Positions 47,507 through 56,117 of a stretch of 64,000 nucleotides of DNA are shown piece by piece. Where the stretch lies: assembly GCA_964588585.1 (NCBI GenBank), contig CAZPPX010000022.1, forward strand, positions 812-64,811, given 5' to 3'. The position numbers and the translations under genes were made by a program. The stretch is from an uncultured Phycisphaeraceae bacterium (lineage in GTDB: Bacteria; Planctomycetota; Phycisphaerae; Phycisphaerales; UBA1924). Positions within the stretch are counted from its first letter, which is position 1. Each line of letters starts with the position of its first letter. A model generated the notes under the pieces. That model had not been told where the DNA came from, ran no database searches, and was given only the letters and a program-made list of their open reading frames with translations.

Positions 47507-49368
47507 CGGATGCCCGCCAACTTGCGCACGGTCATGTCAAACGACTTGGTCATCGCCGCCCGAATCATGTACACCGCGCCCACCAGCACGCCGCCAGACA
47601 GCAGCGACCCCATCGCCAGGCCCACCCGCGCTGAGGCCAACTTGTCTTCCACGATGGTCTTGGCCAGGCCGTTCTCGGGGTTGATGCACGCGAACACCGT
47701 GGACGCCGGGCTGAGCGCCGCGAAGAGCGGGCCCGCCACCGGAATCTCTTCGCCCGCCTTCCACCCACACAGGCCCAGTGACCCGGCCACCACCGCGACC
47801 AGGCCGACCGTCGCCATCACCGCACCGATCGTGCCCTTGCTCGCCAGCGAGCGCTGCATGCCGATGATCACGCACAAGGCCGCGAACGGCACGGTGACGA
47901 TCGTCGCCACCAGCCCCGCCTCGGGCAGCACCACCGGAATCGGCACCGCCGTCGTGGCACCCGGGGGCATGAAGTTCACTTCCACACCGCCCACTCGGCC
48001 CAGGCCACCGAGGGACACATACATCCCGATCAGCAGCAGCGTGCCCAGCGGCACCGCCAGCAGCGGCAGCAGATACGCGACAATACCGGCGAGTTTCCCT
48101 TGCAGATACTGGCCCGGGCTGATGGGCGTGGTGAGCAGGAGGTCGAGCGTGCCGTCCTCACGCTCGCGGCTCACTGCGGTCGCCGACATGTTCACCGCGA
48201 CCAGCGTAATGACCGCCAGTTCGCCCATGATGGTATAGAGCAGAATCTGCCGGAAGTTGTCGTGCCCGGCCGGTCCGGCCCCCCACGCCCCGGCGTGATA
48301 GCCCCACAGGATGCCGATCGCCCACGCCGCGCCCATCGCGATGAACGACCAGCGGGCTGCGATGCGACCCATCGTCGCGTTTCGTGCGGCCGCCTCGCGC
48401 CAGGCGATCGGGTTGTGCCACACCGCCCGCGCGGGCCGAAGGTCTGAGCCCGCCGCGCCCAGCCCCACCATCTTGCGATACCAGGGCACGGTCTGCGTCG
48501 AGCGCGAGCCGCCCGTTACGGCGACAAACCCGCCGATCCGTACCGTGACGCAGGATGCCGCCATCAGCAGCACACTGAGGCCCGACGACAGCACGCACCA
48601 GGTGGTGCCGGGCGATTCCATGAACCACGCCCGCGCTCCGGTAAACGAGCCCGGCTTGGCGCGGGGGTAGCCCGTCGGATCAAGAAACGCGTGGAGCGTC
48701 AGGAACGGGTTGATCGCGGTCATCCACGAGACCGCCCCGCCGCCGAAGTACACGCGGTCCACCGCCCAGGTCACCGCCAGGTACGAAATCACCGCGACGT
48801 AAAACGCAAACACGGCCCGCCGACCGACCAGGCGGCTCACCGAGAGCGCGATCGCCGCCGAGCCCACCAGCAACGCCGCGCACGCAGCGATCAGGTAACT
48901 GGCAAAGATCGAGCCGCCCGGCACGCCGCCGTAATACTGCGTCACCGCAAACAGCGGCAGCGAGCAGAACAGCAGCGCCAGGATGAAAAACAGACGCCCG
49001 AACAGGTTCCCGAGCACGATCTGCGGCGCCGAGAGCGGCGTGGTCAGCAGAATGTCCCAGGTTTTCGGATCCGCCTCCTGCGCGATCGCCCCCGCCATGA
49101 AGACCGGGGCCAAGATGCAGATGAGCAGAATCTGCAAGTAGGCGATGAATTTGAACGAGTTGGACCCGGCTTTGGCCAGATCGCTGAACGAGGCCGCGCC
49201 GGACGGAGCGAGGGCGATCAACGCCCACAACAGCACGATGATCAGCACACCCAAGTAAGCGGCCCGCACATACATGTGCCGCGTGCGGCGCGAGCCGTTC
49301 TGGACCAGGCGCACTGTGATCGGGTTGGTCGGCCCAAGTCGCAGCAGCCATCGGAGAATCACGGGCAT
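47503..49368 (-). CDS. Duplicated ABC-2-type permease-like membrane protein (621 aa) with no adjacent ATPase gene
   Basis: Two halves each carry the ABC-2 hallmark (QEADPKTWDILLTTPLSAPQIVLGNLFG and REREDGTLDLLLTTPISPGQYLQGKLAG), with about 12 TM segments. Confidence 0.75.
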   Translation of the reverse strand: MPVILRWLLRLGPTNPITVRLVQNGSRRTRHMYVRAAYLGVLIIVLLWALIALAPSGAASFSDLAKAGSNSFKFIAYLQILLICILAPVFMAGAIAQEADPKTWDILLTTPLSAPQIVLGNLFGRLFFILALLFCSLPLFAVTQYYGGVPGGSIFASYLIAACAALLVGSAAIALSVSRLVGRRAVFAFYVAVISYLAVTWAVDRVYFGGGAVSWMTAINPFLTLHAFLDPTGYPRAKPGSFTGARAWFMESPGTTWCVLSSGLSVLLMAASCVTVRIGGFVAVTGGSRSTQTVPWYRKMVGLGAAGSDLRPARAVWHNPIAWREAAARNATMGRIAARWSFIAMGAAWAIGILWGYHAGAWGAGPAGHDNFRQILLYTIMGELAVITLVAVNMSATAVSREREDGTLDLLLTTPISPGQYLQGKLAGIVAYLLPLLAVPLGTLLLIGMYVSLGGLGRVGGVEVNFMPPGATTAVPIPVVLPEAGLVATIVTVPFAALCVIIGMQRSLASKGTIGAVMATVGLVAVVAGSLGLCGWKAGEEIPVAGPLFAALSPASTVFACINPENGLAKTIVEDKLASARVGLAMGSLLSGGVLVGAVYMIRAAMTKSFDMTVRKLAGIR

Positions 49369-49436
49369 ATACCGATGGTACCCGCTGGGGGCGAAGCGTG
49401 TGAACGCAGGCCGGTTCCATGCGGTACTCGCCCAAT

Positions 49437-49470
49437 CAAAAGGGCCCGCGAGCGTTTGCCCGCGGGCCCT
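49437..49470 (-). terminator. Rho-independent terminator of the PEP-CTERM gene
   Basis: Minus strand: AGGGCCCGCG-GGCAAACGCT-CGCGGGCCCT followed by TTTGATT. Confidence 0.6.
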
Positions 49471-49513
49471 GTGAGTTCTGAATCAGGCGATCAGGCCATT
49501 GCTGGCCGATCGA

Positions 49514-50578
49514 TTAGGCCCGGCGACGACGAGCCGTCGCGAGGACGCCCAGGCCCAGGAGCGCCGCGGCGCCGGGGGTCGGGACGATGGTGAGCACGAA
49601 GTTGCCGCTGTTGGTGCCGGCGGCGACAGTCCAGTCGGCACCGAAGGTCGAGTTGAACGTGCTGAGGGCGAGGTAGTAGCGGCCCGCGGGGAGCGAGGCC
49701 ACGTTGGTGCCCAGGCCGGTGCCGCCCGCGGCTTCGCCGTTCACGTCCGTGCCCGAGCCAGCGCCGACGGTGATGCGGCTGGCGAAGTCGCCGAAGCCCG
49801 TCACGCCGCCGATGTCGTCGTTGGTGGCCACGAGGCCGCCAGTCGCGTTGTAGAGGCCCAGTTCGGTGTCCAGGCCGCCCGCCGCGCCACCCGTGCCCAC
49901 GCCGCCGTGGGTGAAGATGTCGAGGGGGTTGGTGCCCGCGGCCACATCAAAGGAGTACCAGATGGTCTGGCCCGAAGCGATCGCACCGGTCTGCACGGCG
50001 GGATAGTTGCCGTTGCTGATGGTGCCCAAGTGCGTGGAGACGGGGGGGGTGGGGGGCACGAAAGCGTTGAACGTGATGGAAAGCGCATCCCACTCGGCAT
50101 CGATCGAGGAGGTGCCGCCGTCGTTGAACGACTCAAAGAACCGGAAGGCGAAGGTCTGGCCCTGGGGGTTGAACGGGATACCGGTGAAGCCGGTCATGCC
50201 AAACGTACGCGTGCCCGTGACGACGCTGGTGGTCGGGGTGAACAGGTTGGACGTGAACAACTGCGCGTCCGGGGCAGCCGAACCGCCATTGAGTGCCGAG
50301 GTGACCACGACGCGGGCTTCGCTGGAGAAGGTGCCGGCGTTCACGCGACGGAGCGTGCCGCTCATCGTGATGTTGCCGCCCCACATGAAACTGTTCGCAA
50401 ACGTGTAGTTCAGGATCGCGTTCTGCAGCGAACCCAGCGCGCCAGTGCGGGCGCCTTCGGAGCGGATGGGCACGCCGCCGTTAAGGGCGACGAAATCGAT
50501 CGTCTCCTGGGCGCTGACGGCAGCGGTCATGGACGCTGCCAGACCAGCCGCCACGATGAGACCAAGGTGCTTCTTCAT
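49514..50578 (-). CDS. Secreted protein with a PEP-CTERM-type sorting signal and a pre-peptidase-C-terminal-like domain
   Basis: Signal peptide MKKHLGLIVAAGLAASMTAAVSAQ. LDTELGLYNATGGLVATNDDIGG...LPAGRYYLALSTFN. C-terminus [35 protein letters not shown] precedes the ATG. Confidence 0.75.
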   Translation of the reverse strand: MKKHLGLIVAAGLAASMTAAVSAQETIDFVALNGGVPIRSEGARTGALGSLQNAILNYTFANSFMWGGNITMSGTLRRVNAGTFSSEARVVVTSALNGGSAAPDAQLFTSNLFTPTTSVVTGTRTFGMTGFTGIPFNPQGQTFAFRFFESFNDGGTSSIDAEWDALSITFNAFVPPTPPVSTHLGTISNGNYPAVQTGAIASGQTIWYSFDVAAGTNPLDIFTHGGVGTGGAAGGLDTELGLYNATGGLVATNDDIGGVTGFGDFASRITVGAGSGTDVNGEAAGGTGLGTNVASLPAGRYYLALSTFNSTFGADWTVAAGTNSGNFVLTIVPTPGAAALLGLGVLATARRRRA

Positions 50579-50915
50579 ACTCTCTCTCCTGATTTGAACT
50601 CACTGAAGCCGTAGACGATCGCCACATGGCGAATCCACTACGCGTGGAAGTCTGCGGAAAAGGAACACATCAAACGAACCGGGCTGTAAAGGGAACTCTC
50701 TCTACTCGGCACTCTCTACCTCGAACGACCTCCGGGCTTTCGCCCTAGGGGCTCATTCAGCATGGAGTCTACCAGATCGTTCCCGACCCCGCAAGCGAAA
50801 AGCCCGCGAAATTCCACCCTCTAAGCAAAATTCTGAGCGGTTTTTGGGAACCCGCGCGAACCCATTTCTGAGTGCTTGCCCAGGTTGACAGCCATGCCAA
50901 GTGGTCGCCCTGACG

Positions 50916-50949
50916 CCGGGTCTGAGTCCGCGAAGACCCGGGTTTTCTC
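50916..50949 (+). terminator. Terminator-like hairpin with no upstream plus-strand gene
   Basis: CCGGGTCT-GAGTCCGCGA-AGACCCGG followed by GTTTTCTC, inside the 640-bp non-coding island. Confidence 0.4.
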
Positions 50950-50972
50950 AAATCCAAAAACAAAGAGAGCCC

Positions 50973-50988
50973 TGTGAAATCAATCACA
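50973..50988. promoter_or_regulatory. Perfect TGTGA-N6-TCACA palindrome (CRP-type consensus half-sites)
   Basis: TGTGAAATCAATCACA in a low-GC intergenic region. The regulator and target are unknown. Confidence 0.3.
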
Positions 50989-51217
50989 AGGCCCCTGGAG
51001 GAGAGAGTACAAAGTTGGAAGCGCTGCGTTCACGATGAGCGAACACCGGGCGAACCCGAAGGCCGATCATCCGCAACACTCACGATCAGTATACATCGGC
51101 CAGCCCGCCCGACAAGCACAGTCGAAAAAAACAACCCCGTCTGCCAATCGGTGGATAAATCGGCACCGTTCTCGGGCACCTAAACACCTGATAATGCTCG
51201 TTTTACGTCGAATCGGC

Positions 51218-51892
51218 TCAATAGCCCTGAGCAAGCCGCTGGCGGAAGTCAGCTTCCGGGAAGCGGCGACCAGGGTCATTGACCGGCGCAATGTCGGAGT
51301 GCAGAAGCACCCGTTCGCGGGGGATATTGTGCTCGCGGCACAGCGCATTAACCAGTTCCGCCACGCGACCCATCTGGCGAGCGGTCGGGGCGGAGCGATC
51401 ACCATTGCCCACCAGGCAGATGGAAATGGCTTTCTGGTTGTAGAAGTCCGCCTTGGGGCCTGACGCGTGCGCGCCGGGGAATTGGTCGAGCCAGCGGAAG
51501 CCAACGTGTACCTCGCCATCGTCCATCCCGGCACCGTTGCCAATGACGAAATGGTGGCCCAGGCCTTTGAGTCGCAACTTGCGGTGCTGGGCCTCGATGC
51601 TGGCGGGGCTGCCAAAGTGCTCGCCCGACTGGTGGATGACGATGTACTCCCAACCCTTGCCTTCGCGCGCGCGGTTAGTCTTAATGGCTGATTCGATGCT
51701 GGTGACACGCTCCTGCGCCATCAGGACGGGAACCGAGAGCCCGTCGCTGCGGGGCGCCTGGTTATCGAGGGCGAGCAGCACGCCGCCGAGGCCGGTCAGG
51801 GCACCGACGAGCGCGACCCACACCACCTTCGCGCGAGGCGATACACCTGCACGAGCGCGACGGGCACCATTTCGACGAGCACGACGGGCCAT
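51218..51892 (-). CDS. Membrane-anchored N-acetylmuramoyl-L-alanine amidase (Amidase_2/PGRP fold)
   Basis: MARRARRNG...VVWVALVGALTGLGGVLLAL anchor. YIVIHQSG..., GLGHHFVIGNG, GAHASG..., ISICLVGNGD, LLHSDIAPVNDPG. The ORF is open to 51994 but that stretch has lower GC. Confidence 0.8.
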   Translation of the reverse strand: MARRARRNGARRARAGVSPRAKVVWVALVGALTGLGGVLLALDNQAPRSDGLSVPVLMAQERVTSIESAIKTNRAREGKGWEYIVIHQSGEHFGSPASIEAQHRKLRLKGLGHHFVIGNGAGMDDGEVHVGFRWLDQFPGAHASGPKADFYNQKAISICLVGNGDRSAPTARQMGRVAELVNALCREHNIPRERVLLHSDIAPVNDPGRRFPEADFRQRLAQGY

Positions 51893-52085
51893 AGTGAAGT
51901 GTCCGTTCCTTGGACAAGCGGGCGAGACCACGGACCCACCCAGTTTATTCTGCCATCGGGTGAAAAACCCATCGCGCTTGCGGATTTCCGCCATTTCGTT
52001 ATCGCGGACGCATTTTCGCGTCCGTGTAACTCATCCGTTCGCATCTCGTGCGGTGTTTCCCGTCCGCGGCTAAACTCCTTCCCCA

Positions 52086-53108
52086 ATGAATGCACGCATT
52101 CTCCTCTGTCCCGGTCAAGGTGCTCAGGCCGTCGCCATGGGCAGGCCTTGGTACGACGCCTCACCCGAAGCCCGCGCGGTGTTTGACGAAGCCGACAAAC
52201 TGCTCGCGGGCCGCTTGCCTGGCGGCGCGAAACTCACCGACCTTTGCTTTGCTGGCCCGGCGGAAGTGCTCAACCGCACGGACGTAAGCCAGCCCGCGAT
52301 CTACGTCTGCTCGGTCGCCTGCTGGCGTGGCCTGATGGCCCGGTGGGGCGCGCGCGACCTGGTGCACGCGGGCATCATGGCGACTGCCGGCCTTTCACTG
52401 GGCGAATACACGGCCTTGCACATCGCGGGGGCGTTCAGTTTCCGCGACGGGCTGGAACTGGTGGCCCTGCGCGGGCAGGCGATGCAGCAAGCGGCCGAGG
52501 CGGTTCCCAGCGGCATGGTGGCGCTGATCGGTGCAACCGAAGAGCAGGCCCTCGAAGTGTGCAAGCAGACCCTGGCGGGCACGGGGGGGTCGGGAGAGGT
52601 GCTTGTCGTGGCCAACCTGAACGCGCCCGGGCAGGTCGTGATCTCCGGTCACACCTCGGCCTGTCAGCGGGCGTGTGCTGATGGTGGGCCAGTGTCGCAG
52701 TTGGGCCTCCGGGCAACCGTCCTGCCTGTAGCCGGGGCCTTTCACAGCCCGCTCATGGCCCCTGCCGCCCGTCGCCTGGGCGACGCGCTCGCCAAGGTCA
52801 CGGTGAACCAACCCCATGCGGTGGTCGTCTCCAACGTCACGGCTCACCCCTATCCGCCACAATCCGCGAACACCGCGGAACAAATCCGGGCCCGGCTCGT
52901 CGAACAGTTAACCTCCCCGGTCCGCTGGTCAGCCTCCTGCACATGGCTCGCGCAGGGGGTGTGGGGTGGCGGCACCTTCATGGCTGGCCAACCCGGTGGG
53001 GGCGGAGCGGAGTATCACGAACTCGCCCCGGGCAAAACGCTCGCCGGCCTCATGCGCCGCATCGACAAATCCATCAAGGTGCACATCCACGAAACCCCGG
53101 CAGACTGA
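52086..53108 (+). CDS. fabD: Malonyl-CoA:ACP transacylase
   Basis: LLCPGQGAQAVAMG, TDVSQPAIYVCSVA, GLSLGEYTALHIAG, AGAFHSPLM. Confidence 0.9.
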   Translation: MNARILLCPGQGAQAVAMGRPWYDASPEARAVFDEADKLLAGRLPGGAKLTDLCFAGPAEVLNRTDVSQPAIYVCSVACWRGLMARWGARDLVHAGIMATAGLSLGEYTALHIAGAFSFRDGLELVALRGQAMQQAAEAVPSGMVALIGATEEQALEVCKQTLAGTGGSGEVLVVANLNAPGQVVISGHTSACQRACADGGPVSQLGLRATVLPVAGAFHSPLMAPAARRLGDALAKVTVNQPHAVVVSNVTAHPYPPQSANTAEQIRARLVEQLTSPVRWSASCTWLAQGVWGGGTFMAGQPGGGGAEYHELAPGKTLAGLMRRIDKSIKVHIHETPAD

Positions 53109-53210
53109 ACCCCGTATCACCTCAGCCCTCACCCCCCGGCCCCCCGGCCCCACGCCCGCGCCTCAAACCTCTCCTCGGGCTACCTTTGCCCGACTTTCCT
53201 GGAGCCAGTC

Positions 53211-54209
53211 ATGGAATCGACCCCTCGTTCATCATCAGCCGGCGTGCGGCGCTTTGTGCGTCGTGCCGCCCGCGTCGCGCTGTTCAGCCTGGCGGTCATC
53301 ACGATCGCGGCCTGCTCCAAGAAGAAGCCCCCCGCACCGCCGCCGCCCCCGCCCGAGCCGCCGCCGCCCCCGCCTGCCGTGTCGTTTGACTCGGTGAAGC
53401 AGGAGATCAAGGGCGACGCGCGCCTGCAGTTCAGCGATTCGCTCTCGGTGGCCGACGAATCGTTCGTGCGCGCGGCGGTGAAGTTCGCCGATGCGTTCAT
53501 CAAGGCCGACACCGTCGCCCTCAAGCCCATGCTGGGCCGGCGCGGTGCCGAGGTCGTCAGCACACTGGAAGATCGTGGCGACTTCGGCTCCACCGCCAAG
53601 GCCATCGAGCAGTTGCGCGTGACCGTCGCGGCCCCCGTGCCGGCGGACATGGCCCTGGAATCGGGCTTCCCGCCGGACGACCCAACGATCGCCGAGGCCA
53701 AGGAAATCCTGAAGACCTGGAAGACGGTGCTGAGCCAATATCAGACGCCCGACGATCGCCGTCGCGTTCAGGCAATGGTCGAGAAGCAACTGCGTGAGTT
53801 TGCGCAGAAACTCAAGGCCCAAGGACGCGAATCGGAGTATCGGCAGATCGACCAGTACCTCATCCGCCTGCTGAACATGCCGGCGCTGAAGCCCAGCAAT
53901 ATCTTCCGGCCGGCATCGACGATGACGCTGCTGTTTGCCGTGCAGGAGCCTGCGGGCTCGTACCTCGTCGGCTGGCAGGCCAGCAAGGATGGCGAAAACT
54001 GGCTGTTCGACCCCGCGTCCACTTCTGACGAACTGAAGGCTCGCGCCACGGATTGGGACGCGGTGGGCATGAACGGCTTTGCGCTCGTCGCGACGGTGGA
54101 CACCGCAGGCAAGGCCGAAGCGATCAACCCTAACGCGAAGCCCGATGAGAAGAAGCCCGCGGCTCCGCCCGCTGCGCCGACGCCCGCCGGTGGGCCGTCG
54201 GGGGGCTGA
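53211..54209 (+). CDS. Lipoprotein of unknown function
   Basis: Lipobox LAVITIAAC, then a poly-Pro stretch (PPAPPPPPPEPPPPPP). No recognised domain. Confidence 0.6.
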   Translation: MESTPRSSSAGVRRFVRRAARVALFSLAVITIAACSKKKPPAPPPPPPEPPPPPPAVSFDSVKQEIKGDARLQFSDSLSVADESFVRAAVKFADAFIKADTVALKPMLGRRGAEVVSTLEDRGDFGSTAKAIEQLRVTVAAPVPADMALESGFPPDDPTIAEAKEILKTWKTVLSQYQTPDDRRRVQAMVEKQLREFAQKLKAQGRESEYRQIDQYLIRLLNMPALKPSNIFRPASTMTLLFAVQEPAGSYLVGWQASKDGENWLFDPASTSDELKARATDWDAVGMNGFALVATVDTAGKAEAINPNAKPDEKKPAAPPAAPTPAGGPSGG

Positions 54210-54256
54210 GTTCACCCCACCCCCCACCCACGAATCGAACTTGAACGAACACCTGA

Positions 54257-54285
54257 GCCCCGCCGGTTGGACCGGCGGGGCTTTG
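54257..54285 (+). terminator. Rho-independent terminator
   Basis: GCCCCGCCGG-TTGGA-CCGGCGGGGC followed by TTTGG. Confidence 0.6.
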
Positions 54286-54288
54286 GCG

Positions 54289-55155
54289 TTACCCGATGGA
54301 TGGCACGATCTGGTGCTGCCGCACGAGAATCACGAGGGCCAGAATGTCGTAGATCGCGTGAGCCGCGACGACAATTCCCAGCCCGCGAGCGAGATAGATC
54401 ACGCCAAAGTACGCACCCGCGGCGGTGTAGAAGGCCAGCGCGCCCCACTGTTCCGGCGAGGGCACGCCTGAGACATCGTGGTAGAGCGCAAAGAGCACCG
54501 CCGTGCCGACGATGGCGACGGTTCGCGCCACCAGTTCGGTGCTCTGGAGCAAGTCCTTCACCACGAGGTGAATGAGCGTGATGCCCAGCAGGCGAAAGAG
54601 CATTTCTTCGTAGATGCCCGCGCCGATGGCGATGGTGGCGCGGGCTTGCCAGGAGAGCGCCATGAGGCTCGTGCCATCAGCGGCCGCAAGCGGCATCGCA
54701 CACGCGAGCACATCGAGGTTGCTCCCGCCAACGGCTTCTGGACCCAGCGCCCACGCCGCAGCCGCACGCCGAAAGATCGTGCCAAAGACCAGGATCGGCA
54801 GCGCCCACAGGCAGGCTTCCATGAGCATACCCGCCAGCACCATGGGCTTGATCGACCACGGGTCACGCCGCAGCATGTGCCAGGTGAGCAGAAAGGCGAG
54901 CATGGCGAGTCCAGTCGCCATGAACCCGGCGACGCCGAAGTTCTGAAAGAACACGTCGAGCAGGCGCTTGGCCCGAACGGTGTGCATCACGCCAGCCTGC
55001 TCGGCACGCAGATAGAAAATCGAGCCGAGTTCGTATGCCGCAACGAACGCCGCGAGCAGCACGGCACCGTGAAGCGGGCGCGTGGACAGCGACCAGTAAT
55101 CGTCGCGTGGACGAATCAAACCGCGGCCGGCGCTGGACGTTCGCGCGCTGGTCAT
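54289..55155 (-). CDS. CPBP family intramembrane glutamic endopeptidase (CAAX protease-like)
   Basis: GAGIYEEMLFRLLG (EExxxR), FALYHD, AAHAIYDIL. Multi-pass membrane protein. Confidence 0.8.
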   Translation of the reverse strand: MTSARTSSAGRGLIRPRDDYWSLSTRPLHGAVLLAAFVAAYELGSIFYLRAEQAGVMHTVRAKRLLDVFFQNFGVAGFMATGLAMLAFLLTWHMLRRDPWSIKPMVLAGMLMEACLWALPILVFGTIFRRAAAAWALGPEAVGGSNLDVLACAMPLAAADGTSLMALSWQARATIAIGAGIYEEMLFRLLGITLIHLVVKDLLQSTELVARTVAIVGTAVLFALYHDVSGVPSPEQWGALAFYTAAGAYFGVIYLARGLGIVVAAHAIYDILALVILVRQHQIVPSIG

Positions 55156-55180
55156 GGCGGGTCAGACCGATTCAGGAAAC

Positions 55181-55462
55181 TCAGGCCTTCTTGCCGCCGA
55201 GAACCTTGGCCTTGAGACGGGCGTTGAGCCGGCTCTTGCGCCGCGCAGCCTGATTCTTGTGGATCACGCCCTTCTGGGCCGTGCGGTCGATCACCTTCGA
55301 CGCGGCACGGAACGAGGTCTTGGCGTCGTCCACCGAGCCGTGCAGGATCTTCTCGACACAGTCCTTGATGGCCTCCCGCATCTGCGTCTTCCGCCACCGA
55401 TTGCGCGCGTTGAGGGACTCGGTCTGACGGATGCGCTTGTTGGCGGAAAGGGAGTGAGCCAT
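55181..55462 (-). CDS. rpsT: 30S ribosomal protein S20
   Basis: MAHSLSANKRIRQTESLNARNRWRKTQMR...IDRTAQKGVIHKNQAARRKSRL. Confidence 0.9.
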   Translation of the reverse strand: MAHSLSANKRIRQTESLNARNRWRKTQMREAIKDCVEKILHGSVDDAKTSFRAASKVIDRTAQKGVIHKNQAARRKSRLNARLKAKVLGGKKA

Positions 55463-55706
55463 GGGTCGAGGTCATCCAGCGTGAGAAAACCAGTGCCCGC
55501 AGGTCGGGTGGGGACCAAGCCCCGAACGCCCGAACCACAGGGGGTGGGAGGAAGTTTACACCCTTGCCCAGCCCAAGGCGAGCCTTCACCCCTTGGCTTC
55601 ACGAGCCCACTCGCATATCCTTCGGCCCTGATACGAAACGGGTGGCCCTGTGGCCGGTCAAGTCGGGCGTGTTTCGCCCCCCCGCGAGTGCAGTCTGGAG
55701 TTTCCC

Positions 55707-56039
55707 ATGTACGCGATCATTGCCGAAGGCGGCGGCCAGCGACTGGTTCGCAAAGACGACGTCATCCTCATCGACCTCATCGAAGATGGCCAGGCGGCTG
55801 CGGGCAAGGCCATCACCTTCGACCGCGTTCTGTGCGTGGGCAGCGGCGACGGCAAATCCGTTGCCAAGGTCGGGGCCCCCTACGTCAGCGGCGCGTCGGT
55901 CACGGCCGAGGTGATCGAAGGCCTGTCGATGGGCGACAAGTTGTTCATCATCAAGTTCCGCCGCCGCAAGCGCTACAGCCGCCGCACCGGCCACCGCCAG
56001 CAATACACCAAGGTGAAGATCACGGGCATCAAGGGCTGA
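55707..56039 (+). CDS. rplU: 50S ribosomal protein L21
   Basis: MYAIIAEGGGQRLVRKDDVILIDL...KFRRRKRYSRRTGHRQQYTKVKITGI. Confidence 0.9.
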   Translation: MYAIIAEGGGQRLVRKDDVILIDLIEDGQAAAGKAITFDRVLCVGSGDGKSVAKVGAPYVSGASVTAEVIEGLSMGDKLFIIKFRRRKRYSRRTGHRQQYTKVKITGIKG

Positions 56040-56079
56040 GTGCGGCTCGCTTGAACTTTACAACCGCTCGATTAGAAGC

Positions 56080-56103
56080 CCAGCCGTCGAGGCTGGTTTT
56101 TTT
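56080..56103 (+). terminator. Rho-independent terminator after rplU
   Basis: CCAGCC-GTCGA-GGCTGG followed by TTTTTTT. Confidence 0.6.
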
Positions 56104-56117
56104 CGCGCCACGGTGGG

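Noticed and set aside
50884-50889. Perfect TTGACA as a -35 box
   Set aside because: There is no acceptable -10 hexamer 16-18 nt downstream, and sigma-70 consensus rules may not transfer to this phylum.
51150-51158. DnaA-box-like TTATCCACC (minus strand) in the AT-rich island, as a possible oriC
   Set aside because: It is a single 8/9 match with no cluster of boxes. I saw no adjacent dnaA or dnaN and no AT-rich unwinding repeats.
50579-51217. tmRNA, RNase P RNA, SRP RNA or 6S RNA in the long gap
   Set aside because: I could not find the hallmark motifs on either strand: GAAAGUCCGGGC/ACAGAA for RNase P, a tRNA-like ...UCCACCA end and tag ORF for tmRNA, or the GGAAGCAGCC SRP domain. This needs Rfam scanning to settle.
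51893-51994. N-terminal extension (MAEIRKRDGFF...) of the amidase ORF
   Set aside because: Its GC is lower than that of coding DNA here. The Met at 51892 gives a normal basic N-terminus plus TM anchor.
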